A stretch of DNA of 64,000 bases from Polyangiaceae bacterium. Its GTDB lineage: Bacteria > Myxococcota_A > Polyangia > Polyangiales > Polyangiaceae. How positions within the stretch are numbered: the stretch's first letter is position 1; each line of letters starts with the position of its first letter. Location of the stretch: NCBI GenBank assembly GCA_044376115.1, contig JBILLK010000001.1:352001-416000 (forward strand), read 5' to 3'. Of the stretch, positions 35,794 through 44,556 are shown in pieces. The position numbers and the translations under genes are program-made. Below the pieces are notes generated by a model. It was not told the origin of the DNA, searched no databases, and was given only the letters and a program-made list of their open reading frames with translations.

Positions 35794-37289
35794 TCGTCGA
35801 GCGACGGGGTAGCCGCAGAACCGCTTGGTGCCGCTGAGGCAGCTGCAGCAGCTGCGACGGCTGGATTTTCATCGAGACAGCGGACAGTGAAGAGACGCAT
35901 CGCGCGCCCTTTGGGTTCAGCCAGCAGCAGCAGATTTCCGCCTGCAGCGATGGGCTCACCCGTGCCCAAACTCGGCTCGATCTGTGGCGTTTCTTTGGGC
36001 AGACCGTTGCTCCCAACGCGCGCCAATACGTCGGGCCCTCGCAGCGTCGAGAGACTCAGCCAACCCGGAAGCAGACTCGGAATGCCCTCCACGGCTTCAT
36101 CCTCGGGCGTTGCGTACTTCTCGATCGAGCCACCCGCGGTGACACGCACCACTTGAAGCGGCCCACCCGCTGCGCCGCCGGTGGGCGCATCGTCATCACG
36201 GAAGGCCACGACCAAGGCTCCGTCCTCTGCCAAGGCTGCATCAAAGCCAGCCACGGTGCTCTCCTCCGGGGAGATGCGCAGCGCCTCACTGCGCTGGGCG
36301 CCGGTGCCGTCGAGCGGCATCGCGTACACCCATGCGCGACCAATCGACTCGCCCCCCTGGCTCTCATCAACCTCATCCGAACTGGGAGCTTCGTCTTGCT
36401 TGGCTTTTGCGTTCTTCGACTTGCCACGCTTCTTTGGCGCTGGCGGCACTTCAGGCGCGGCCGGCTTACCCGCAAAACTCTCTCGCTGAAGCTCCGCGCC
36501 ATGAACCAAGTACACGAGGAAGAAGCCGTCCTGCGTCGCGACGATGCGAGGCGAATCAGCATCGACTTCTTTGGCGGTCATCCGCCGTGAAAAGGGTACC
36601 GACGAAAGATCTTTGGAGTCGAAGCTAGCGAGCAGAACCGAAGACTTGTCGCCCTCGGTCATGTCCCACACCACGACGCCACGCCCCCGCCCAGCCGCGA
36701 CGTCGAGCGCCAGCGAGTCATCCCGCCCCTCAGGTAGCTCAGCGCCTTTGGTGACCTGTGTGCCGTTGATCTTCCCGAGGCGTACCGATCGCGAACTTGC
36801 GTTCGGCTCTAGCCAAGCCACCAGCAGCTCATCTCCGTTGCCTGTGGCCGCGAGCGCCGGTGGGTCCAGGTCTCCGCGCATACGCGCGAGCTTGATCAAG
36901 CTACCGGCACCGGTTTTTTCATCGATTCGGACGATGTTCGCCACGCTCCCGCCATCCCCCTCACTCAAGGTTGGAACGGCAAACCCCGCGTCGACGTGAA
37001 TGGCGCGACCCACCACCACAGCGAACGGCGTCAACATTGGGTCGGCGTCTTCCGCAAGCTCTTTACCCACATCACCGACGACGAAGGGATCACTCGGCTG
37101 GGAACAGCGAGGTGGCAGCTCTGCAGCAGCCGAGGCGCTCGCGAGCGACTGACTCGTAGTCGGCTCCTCCGCGAGACAGGCCCGCAGCAGCGCAGCGCCA
37201 CCGAGTACGGCAGCCAACACCCCGAGGGTGGGCCAAAGAGCACGTCCACCACGCTCGAGTTCGCGAGGCGCTTCAGCTTTCTCGGACAC
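35790..37289 (-). CDS. Membrane-anchored hypothetical protein, beta-rich
   Basis: N-terminal TM helix and long open frame; start placed at GTG 37289 to avoid overlap with plsB. Confidence 0.6.
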   Translation of the reverse strand: MSEKAEAPRELERGGRALWPTLGVLAAVLGGAALLRACLAEEPTTSQSLASASAAAELPPRCSQPSDPFVVGDVGKELAEDADPMLTPFAVVVGRAIHVDAGFAVPTLSEGDGGSVANIVRIDEKTGAGSLIKLARMRGDLDPPALAATGNGDELLVAWLEPNASSRSVRLGKINGTQVTKGAELPEGRDDSLALDVAAGRGRGVVVWDMTEGDKSSVLLASFDSKDLSSVPFSRRMTAKEVDADSPRIVATQDGFFLVYLVHGAELQRESFAGKPAAPEVPPAPKKRGKSKNAKAKQDEAPSSDEVDESQGGESIGRAWVYAMPLDGTGAQRSEALRISPEESTVAGFDAALAEDGALVVAFRDDDAPTGGAAGGPLQVVRVTAGGSIEKYATPEDEAVEGIPSLLPGWLSLSTLRGPDVLARVGSNGLPKETPQIEPSLGTGEPIAAGGNLLLLAEPKGRAMRLFTVRCLDENPAVAAAAAASAAPSGSAATPSLDD

Positions 37290-37362
37290 GCTTTGCCTTA
37301 CGACCGGTTGAGCCGTCACGCAAGCAAGAGACGCAAATGAGCTAGGCTGCGCGCGGATCCCG

Positions 37363-39936
37363 ATGCTCGCCAAGTTGCTTCGACCTCTCACCGAACGGCT
37401 GTTTGCGTCCTTGAACGCGTCCAGCCCCGAACCACTCACGCGTGCGCAGGCAGCAGGTCCCATCGTGTATGTGCTGCGCTCGGTCTCGATCGTCGATGCG
37501 CTAGCTGTTGCGCACCTCAACTCCGCTTGGGGACTGCGCTCGCTCGGCTACGTGCACGATGTTTCGCCCTTCGTGCGCAACACCATCGGCGCTGCCTATC
37601 GAACGGGGTCCCACGTGAGCCTCGCGAGCGCGCTGGAAGCGAATGCCAACGCCATCATCTTCATGCGTCGACCACCTTCGTTGTTCGAGCCGACACCGCG
37701 AGGCGCGAGCGATGGCGATGATCCGCTGTCGGTGATGTTCGATTTTCACCGCCGCTCTGGTCGCGATGTCACGCTCGTTCCCCTCACGCTGTTGTGGTCG
37801 ATGCGGCCGGAGAAGCTGTTCCTTTCGCCGGTGGACGTGCTGTTCGGCTCGACCGACATGCCCGGAGATGCACGTGGCCTGCTGCAACTCCTGACCAACT
37901 TGGGCCACGGCGCCGCGCGCGTTTGTTCACCGCTTAGCTTGCGCCAATTTCTTGCGTCGCAGCCGCCGCAGACAGCGGACTACACGCTCTTTCGCCGGCT
38001 CAGCTATTCGGTGCTGCGCAAGATCGAACGCGAGCGACGAGCCGCCGTGGGGCCTGCGCGCAAGCCGATTGAGCGGCTCACCGCCGAGGTGCTGCGGTCA
38101 CCAAAACTGAGCGGCCTGATTGAGGACTTGGCCAAAGGCGATTTGGAGAACAAGCGCGCCCTCATGGGCAAGGCCGCCGGCATCATGAATGAGCTCGTTG
38201 CCACCCCCAACACCGATCTCGTGACGGCCGTCGAGCCCTTGCTCGACCGCATCGTGCAACGCGTTTGGAGTCGCGTGGACGTATCCGAGCTCGAGCTGAA
38301 CCGCGTCCGTGATCGCGCGCGGCTTGGAACCGTGGTGCTGCTGCCCTCACACAAAAGCCACGTCGACTACCTGATCCTTTCGTACGTCTTGCGCAAGAAC
38401 CTGCTCGAGCTGCCGATGATCGCCGCGGGCGACAACCTCTCCTTCTTCCCGGTGGGGCCCATGTTGAGACGAGGCGGCGCGTTCTTCATTCGCCGCGACT
38501 TCAAAGGGGATCGGCTGTACGCGGCTACCGTCGACGCCTACATTCGGCGTTTGATAAAGGACGGTTGGGCACTCGAGTTCTTTCTCGAGGGTGGACGCTC
38601 TCGCACAGGCAAACTGCTCTCCTCCAAGCTCGGTCTGCTCAACATCGTCGTCGACGCAGCATTGCAAGAGACGCTTCATCCGGTGGCCTTCGTTCCAGTG
38701 CACATCGGCTACGACCGAACGATGGAGGACTTCGAGTTGGCGCTGGAAAAAGCCGGCGCGCCCAAAGAACGCGAGAGCGCTCGCTCGCTGCTCGCCGTCG
38801 CCGATGCGCTCAGCTATTCGTACGGGGCCGTCACCGTGAGCTTCGGTCCGCCGATCGACCTCGAGGCGCACTTGCAATCCCTTGGTCTATCGCGAAGCCA
38901 CGAGCTCACGCCTGCCAAACGGCGCTCGGTGGTGACGGCCTTGGCGCACAAAGTGGAGGCCTCCATTCAGCAACACGCCAAGCTGACCGCGGGGACACTG
39001 CTCGCCACCGAACTGCTCGACATGCAGCTACGAGGCGTGAATCTGGCCGGCTTGATGGCGCGAACGAAGCGGCTAATGAAGGTGCTGCTGCGAACTGGGG
39101 CGACGCCCGCCGAGGGCCTTCTGCTCGAGGACGGAGAACTCAATCCGGCCGCGTTGAGCGAGACGTTGGCTATCTTCGTGCGAGGCAAACTCGTGCGGGA
39201 GCATCGCCACGACCAGACGCTGACCCGCACCGCGAGCTCCAGCGGCAGCGCACTTCGTGATCCCGTTTACACCGTGAGTGACGAGAGTCGCTCGAGGCTG
39301 GAACTCGCGAAGAACGCCATCCTTCACTTCTTGTGGGATCGCGCCGTCCTCTCGGCCGCGTTTTACGCGAAGGAGTCGCGGGCGGTCGAACGAAGCTCGC
39401 TGCTCGACGAAGCGGAACAGCTCGATGCACTGCTTGGGCTCGACCTGCCGATGCACCGGCTCGAGCCGACGAGGGAGCGCCTCTCTGCTGCGCTCGAGGA
39501 CATGCTGCTCTTTGGTGAACTGCAAGAGAACGAGGCCGGTGTGCGCGTGGGGCCGGGCAATGGGGAGGCCGACGCCATGGTCTGGTTGCTCTCCCATCGG
39601 GCCCATTTGATCGCGACGATCGAGAGCGCGCGTATTGCGCTGCAAGCGGCGCTGCAGCTCTCGGCCTCGAATGCGATCGAGGAGCGGGCGCTCGTGGGAA
39701 GGGCGCTCGGTATTGGGAGGGAGATGTTCCTCCGCGCCGAGATCGACAAGCGCGAGGCGGTGAGCGCACCCGGGCTTCAAGCCGCGTTCACCTCGTTCGT
39801 CAAACGTGGGCTTTTGCGCCGCAACCAAGGTCAGATCTCCTGGGCAGAGCCCGCCTCGGAGGCAGCGCTGGTCGAGATCGATCGGCGGCTGCTGGCCTAT
39901 CAGTTTGGCGGGGACGCCCGCGGTGGACGCGCATGA
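37363..39936 (+). CDS. plsB: Glycerol-3-phosphate acyltransferase
   Basis: HKSHVD (HX4D), GAFFIRR, FLEGGRSRTGK and VPVHIGYD. Confidence 0.9.
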   Translation: MLAKLLRPLTERLFASLNASSPEPLTRAQAAGPIVYVLRSVSIVDALAVAHLNSAWGLRSLGYVHDVSPFVRNTIGAAYRTGSHVSLASALEANANAIIFMRRPPSLFEPTPRGASDGDDPLSVMFDFHRRSGRDVTLVPLTLLWSMRPEKLFLSPVDVLFGSTDMPGDARGLLQLLTNLGHGAARVCSPLSLRQFLASQPPQTADYTLFRRLSYSVLRKIERERRAAVGPARKPIERLTAEVLRSPKLSGLIEDLAKGDLENKRALMGKAAGIMNELVATPNTDLVTAVEPLLDRIVQRVWSRVDVSELELNRVRDRARLGTVVLLPSHKSHVDYLILSYVLRKNLLELPMIAAGDNLSFFPVGPMLRRGGAFFIRRDFKGDRLYAATVDAYIRRLIKDGWALEFFLEGGRSRTGKLLSSKLGLLNIVVDAALQETLHPVAFVPVHIGYDRTMEDFELALEKAGAPKERESARSLLAVADALSYSYGAVTVSFGPPIDLEAHLQSLGLSRSHELTPAKRRSVVTALAHKVEASIQQHAKLTAGTLLATELLDMQLRGVNLAGLMARTKRLMKVLLRTGATPAEGLLLEDGELNPAALSETLAIFVRGKLVREHRHDQTLTRTASSSGSALRDPVYTVSDESRSRLELAKNAILHFLWDRAVLSAAFYAKESRAVERSSLLDEAEQLDALLGLDLPMHRLEPTRERLSAALEDMLLFGELQENEAGVRVGPGNGEADAMVWLLSHRAHLIATIESARIALQAALQLSASNAIEERALVGRALGIGREMFLRAEIDKREAVSAPGLQAAFTSFVKRGLLRRNQGQISWAEPASEAALVEIDRRLLAYQFGGDARGGRA

Positions 39937-40874
39937 AGGCGGACAATCTACTGCTTCATGCTGCGGCTTGGGAGGCTCCCAATCTGCTACCGCCCGGGCG
40001 CGAGATCGATTTTGTGTACGTGGATCCGCCTTATGGCGTCGGCACCGAAATGACCGCCCGCACAGGAAAGGGAGAGCGTCGTGGTCGCAAACAAGAAGGC
40101 AGCGGGCCAGTCGCCTATGACGACAGCCAGCCCGTCGACGCCTTGGTTGCGATGATCGCCCGCGCGGCGGCGGCGCTCCGGGAGCGGCTTGCCAAGGGGG
40201 CGACCTTTGCGGTCCACCTCGATCACCGCGCGGTGCACGAAACGAAGGTCGCGTTGGACGTTGTGTTTGGTCGCGGAGCGTTCGTCGGAGAGATCATCTG
40301 GGTACCCGGCAACGGTGCGCGAGGACGCGGCTTGTCGATGACCCATCAGACCATCTTGCTCTTCGCTCGCAGTCCGTCGGATCGCAAGCTCGTGCGTTGG
40401 AATTCGGAGCTACCACAACTGCGCGAACCCTTCGCTCGCACGAGCCTCGACATGCACTTCACCAACGTCGACGCCGACGGCCGGCGGTATCGCGAGCGCG
40501 TCGTAGCTGGGAAAAGCTACAAGTACTACGCAGACGTTGGTCGCAAACTCGGGACGGTGTGGAGCGACATCTCCGCGATGCGCGCGAATACGCCGCTCAA
40601 CAAGGAGGGTACCGGCTATCCGACACAGAAGCCCGAGGCGCTGCTCGAGCGACTCATTCTCGCGACCACTACCGAGGAAGGGACCGTCGGAGACTTCATG
40701 TGCGGCAGCGGAACCACGTTGGCGGTGGCCGCACGACTCGGACGCTCCTTCATTGGCGGAGACGTCGCTGCGCTAGCGGTCGAGACCACCCAGCGGCGGC
40801 TCGAGGCGCAAGGAGCTAGCTTCCGTGTCGTCGCTCAGAAGATGGCTGCCGCTTCTCCCAGCGGCGAGGCCTGA
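39933..40874 (+). CDS. Orphan N6-adenine/N4-cytosine DNA methyltransferase (beta class)
   Basis: DPPY catalytic motif precedes YPTQKPE and DFMCGSGTT (SAM binding). Confidence 0.88.
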   Translation: MKADNLLLHAAAWEAPNLLPPGREIDFVYVDPPYGVGTEMTARTGKGERRGRKQEGSGPVAYDDSQPVDALVAMIARAAAALRERLAKGATFAVHLDHRAVHETKVALDVVFGRGAFVGEIIWVPGNGARGRGLSMTHQTILLFARSPSDRKLVRWNSELPQLREPFARTSLDMHFTNVDADGRRYRERVVAGKSYKYYADVGRKLGTVWSDISAMRANTPLNKEGTGYPTQKPEALLERLILATTTEEGTVGDFMCGSGTTLAVAARLGRSFIGGDVAALAVETTQRRLEAQGASFRVVAQKMAAASPSGEA

Positions 40875-41926
40875 ACCACTTTCGCGCGGATCGCTTCGGC
40901 TTCGCTCCCGGAGACCAACACAGGTCGGAAGTCGTTCTGGTTCTTGTCCCCAGAAAGATGCGCCGGAACAAGCTCGTAGCCGGTTGCTGAGAGCGCGCCT
41001 TTGCTGAACGAGAACCGCGCGCGAAAGATCATCGTGTCCAGGTCGGAGGGCTGACCGTGCCCGCCGAAGACGAAGTTCCCAAGGCTGTAGACGATGCGCT
41101 TGCCCTTATAGTTCTCGATGCCCTGGAGCACGTGCGGGTGATGACCGAGCACCAGATCTGCGCCAGCGTCGATCGCCGCTCGGCCCAGCGTCTGCTGCGA
41201 GGAGCTGAACGCGGTCGTGCCCTCGATTCCCCAATGGAAGGAGACGATCACCAGGTTATCCGGCTTGCGATGAGCCTTGATCGCCTCGACGACCTCACGC
41301 TTCACGGCCAGGTTGCCGCCGGTGAAACCGAGATTCACCACCTCCACGCCGCGCACTTTACGTACGTCGGCGACGCCCAGTCCGAAATGACCGACGCCGT
41401 GCGCCTTGAGCGCCGCACGCGTGTCCGCGACGCCTTTACTTCCGCAATCTTCGGCGTGGTTGTTGGCCAGGCTCACCACCTCGACACTCCCTCGTTTCAG
41501 CATTTCTGCGAACGCGGGCTCACCGCGAAAAGCGAAGGTGTGGTCGGTGCGACAAGCCTGGTCGGTGAGCGGCCCCTCGAGGTTGCCGATGGTTAGGTCG
41601 TCGGCCTCGAGCACTTTCAGCACGCCCGAGAACGGTCTCGCGAAGTCGCCGCCAGACGCGCTGTGAAGGAACTGAAAGCTGCCCTTCGCGCGCTCTGAAC
41701 CAACCGGGCCGCCGAGCGTGTTGTCGCCGATCGCGCTGATCGTGATCGTGGTTACGGCGGGGGGTGTGGGAGCGCTGGCTGGAAGCTCTGCGGGAGCTTC
41801 GACCGGGGTGACCGTCGCTTCGGTTGGCCCTTCGGACTGGTCGAGTTCTTTGCCTTCTGCCACCGGCGTGCATCCGGAAGAGAGTCGAAGCGCAGCCGAA
41901 AGAACGAGCGAGTGTCGAAGCTTCAC
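40835..41926 (-). CDS. CapA-family (PGA_cap) metallophosphoesterase-like exported protein
   Basis: GD, GNLEG, LANNH, HWG, GHHPHV and YSLGNF; start uncertain (41926 or 41962). Confidence 0.88.
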   Translation of the reverse strand: MKLRHSLVLSAALRLSSGCTPVAEGKELDQSEGPTEATVTPVEAPAELPASAPTPPAVTTITISAIGDNTLGGPVGSERAKGSFQFLHSASGGDFARPFSGVLKVLEADDLTIGNLEGPLTDQACRTDHTFAFRGEPAFAEMLKRGSVEVVSLANNHAEDCGSKGVADTRAALKAHGVGHFGLGVADVRKVRGVEVVNLGFTGGNLAVKREVVEAIKAHRKPDNLVIVSFHWGIEGTTAFSSSQQTLGRAAIDAGADLVLGHHPHVLQGIENYKGKRIVYSLGNFVFGGHGQPSDLDTMIFRARFSFSKGALSATGYELVPAHLSGDKNQNDFRPVLVSGSEAEAIRAKVVQASPLGEAAAIF

Positions 41927-41975
41927 CAGCGCATGGTGTGTCAGCCATGCAGCGGCGGACAAATTTCACACTGCG

Positions 41976-42638
41976 TCACACCGAGTCCCAGATCGGCATC
42001 GTCCAGCTTTCAGCGATACCGGCCTGCTCCCACTCCAAGAAGGACGGCTCACCAAGCAACGCCTGTACGTAAGGCGCAACGGCCTCCGGGACGGTCACAC
42101 CGTAGGTCCGAAGGCGCGTTGCCACTGGTGTGAAGAACGCGTCGGCGATGGTCGGCTTGGCGCCGAACAGAAAAGGACCTGAGCCGCCAAAACGGCCACG
42201 TAGATTGGTCCAGAGCGCAAAGACGCGATCGACGTCGCGTTGTACGTCGGCTTCAAGTTGACGTGGCTCGGTGCGACGCCGGATGTTGCACGGCAGCTTC
42301 GCTCGCATCGCACTGAAGCCTGAGTGCATCTCACAAGCGGCGGCCCGCGCGTGCATACGAGCGATTGGGTCTTCAGGCCAAAGAGCTGGGGCTTGCTCAG
42401 CTGCCCACTCACTGATCGCGAGCGAATCGCTGATGACCTCCGACCCGAGGTGGAGGGCGGGCACAGTACCGCTGGGCGAAACCGATAAAATCGCCGGCAT
42501 ACTGCGGTTGCCGTAGCCGACCCCGCCCATCGGAACCACCCGCGTTTCAAACTCCAGCCCCGACCAACGCAGGACCAACCAGGGCCGAAGAGACCAGGAG
42601 GAATAATTCTGATTGCCGACGTAGAGGAGCGGTTTCAT
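41976..42638 (-). CDS. Glutathione S-transferase
   Basis: NYSSWSLRPW, SPSGTVP, DSLAI, EMHSGF and TIADAFF. Confidence 0.92.
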   Translation of the reverse strand: MKPLLYVGNQNYSSWSLRPWLVLRWSGLEFETRVVPMGGVGYGNRSMPAILSVSPSGTVPALHLGSEVISDSLAISEWAAEQAPALWPEDPIARMHARAAACEMHSGFSAMRAKLPCNIRRRTEPRQLEADVQRDVDRVFALWTNLRGRFGGSGPFLFGAKPTIADAFFTPVATRLRTYGVTVPEAVAPYVQALLGEPSFLEWEQAGIAESWTMPIWDSV

Positions 42639-42674
42639 CCGTGACAAGGTGTACGCCCTTTTGCTTTGCGTGCA

Positions 42675-44150
42675 ATGACTCTCCCAAGAGAACTCGTCGC
42701 TGGCCGTTACGCTCTGGCCGAACCACTCGGACGAGGAGGCTTCGGCGTCGTTCGGCGCGCGTTTGATCAGCAGCGTCAGCAGTGGGTCGCCGTAAAGCTC
42801 ATGACGCTGACTTCGCGGGAGGCGAAGGCTCGCTTTGCGAGAGAAGCGCGGCTGATGAGTCAGCTGTCACACCCGAACACCACGCGCATCTTGGATATTG
42901 GGGAGACCGAATCGGGCACACCTTTTCTCGTCCTTGAGCTTCTGCGGGGAGAGACCCTCGAGGCGCGACTCACGCGCGGGCCACTGCCACTTACGCTCGC
43001 GTTGCACGTAATCCACGGCCTCCTCGGGAGTTTGGCGGAGGCCCATACTCGCGGGATCATTCATCGTGATGTGAAGCCGGCGAACGTCTTCCTGGTTGAG
43101 CAGCTGGGCCTTCCGTTGGTGAAGGTGATGGACTTTGGTATCGCCAAGGACCCACTCTCAGCGAACGCGACGAGTGAGTTCAACGCTCTCGAGGCCGTCC
43201 GTATGGGCAGGCTCCCAACCAGCCAGCGTGGTCAGCCCAATCTGACGGCTGAAGACATGATGATCGGCTCACCGCGCTACATGGCTCCCGAGCAAATCAC
43301 GGGAGCGCCGATCGGCACTCACAGCGACGTCTTTTCGGCGGGCCTCGTACTCGCCGAGATGCTGACGGGCGAGTCTGTCTTCCTCGGGCAAGGAGCAATC
43401 AGCGTCTTCATCGAGCGTGCAACGCGAGAGCCGGTCAGCCTCCCGCAACTGCCACCGGAGGTCCGCACCGTGGTTGAGCGCGCCCTTCGCGTAGCGAGCA
43501 GCGAGCGCTTTCAGAACGCGGGCGAGATGTTGGCGGCGCTCCCCAACAGCACCGCCACCAACGCTACGACGCTGCGCTCTCGACTGCGCTGGCCGCTGGT
43601 AGCGCTGGCAGCGTGCTTCGTGGGAGCGCTGCTCGCGCTGGCCGTGTTGGGTTTGCGTCAGCGACCGCAAAAGCACGCCGAACCCGACGACGAGAGTGTT
43701 GATGAAGAATCTAGCCGCGCCCAGTCACGGAAGAAGCGACGACGCTCGGAGGCGAAGACTGAGTCGAGAACGGCTGCTGCTGACTCACCGCATACGCCCG
43801 ATCGCTACGCGGAGGTTATCCGGCGACCCTCACTCGATGTCGACGCGCTACGGCGAGCTGGCTTTTCCAATGTTGTAGTCAAGGCAGACAGTGTGTCGAC
43901 CTACAACGACAACGGCAGGCAGTTCTGCACGGCTCAGAAGATCGACGTCAGTCGTTCTATTGACTGTTCGGCGATGGCGCAGTCGATGCTCAATAGCGCC
44001 GACAATCCCACCGCTGTCATCTGTTCGCCAGACGAGCTGCTTTGGCTAACCTGCATCAACGACACGAAGGGCGTGCCTGATCCAAACGCCAAAGCAAGAC
44101 TGCAGGCCTTCATCAAGGCGCTAAACCTCGCTCAGTTCTTCACGCCCTAG
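42675..44150 (+). CDS. Membrane Ser/Thr protein kinase
   Basis: GRGGFGVV, HRDVKPAN, DFG and YMAPEQ; one TM helix and a Cys-containing C-terminal domain. Confidence 0.92.
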   Translation: MTLPRELVAGRYALAEPLGRGGFGVVRRAFDQQRQQWVAVKLMTLTSREAKARFAREARLMSQLSHPNTTRILDIGETESGTPFLVLELLRGETLEARLTRGPLPLTLALHVIHGLLGSLAEAHTRGIIHRDVKPANVFLVEQLGLPLVKVMDFGIAKDPLSANATSEFNALEAVRMGRLPTSQRGQPNLTAEDMMIGSPRYMAPEQITGAPIGTHSDVFSAGLVLAEMLTGESVFLGQGAISVFIERATREPVSLPQLPPEVRTVVERALRVASSERFQNAGEMLAALPNSTATNATTLRSRLRWPLVALAACFVGALLALAVLGLRQRPQKHAEPDDESVDEESSRAQSRKKRRRSEAKTESRTAAADSPHTPDRYAEVIRRPSLDVDALRRAGFSNVVVKADSVSTYNDNGRQFCTAQKIDVSRSIDCSAMAQSMLNSADNPTAVICSPDELLWLTCINDTKGVPDPNAKARLQAFIKALNLAQFFTP

Positions 44151-44438
44151 CTAGAGCGCGCACTTGATCAGGTTCTCGGTCTCTTGCGCGCAACCATCCG
44201 CGTCGACCGATCCATTGATGCACTCGAACTCGTCGGCAACGCAGCTCTGCAGCTCGCTGTATTGATCCGAGCAGCCTTCCTCCTCGGCTGCCTTCTCCGC
44301 GTCCTCGAGAGCGTCGATGCAGGAGGTGAGCTCAGCGTCCGAGCAGCCGGTGCAGTCACAGGTGTCTTCGCACAGCGAGGTAGCCGAAGGACCGCAGCCA
44401 ACCACAAGCAAGGCCAGAACGATGGTGACGTTACGCAT
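44151..44438 (-). CDS. Small acidic Cys-rich lipoprotein
   Basis: MRNVTIVLALLVVGC signal/lipobox; many Cys. Confidence 0.7.
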   Translation of the reverse strand: MRNVTIVLALLVVGCGPSATSLCEDTCDCTGCSDAELTSCIDALEDAEKAAEEEGCSDQYSELQSCVADEFECINGSVDADGCAQETENLIKCAL

Positions 44439-44530
44439 GCCTTCACCATAGCCGCACTCGCGCACGATTTGCGCCTGAGTTGCTTTGAAGCGAGTTGCCA
44501 CAAACGTGCTGCGCGCCACTTGCTCTTCGA

Positions 44531-44546
44531 TGGCACGGTCTTAGCT
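44531..44546 (+). promoter_or_regulatory. Putative sigma54 promoter of clpB
   Basis: TGGCACGGTCTTAGCT with GG-N10-GC spacing; one mismatch (TA for TT) before GC. Confidence 0.35.
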
Positions 44547-44556
44547 TCGGGCGGCC

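Noticed and set aside
39933..40874. Restriction-modification or defence island
   Set aside because: No endonuclease or other defence gene nearby; flanks are housekeeping genes
40835..41926. Poly-gamma-glutamate capsule locus
   Set aside because: capB and capC are absent; lone CapA-family genes are widespread
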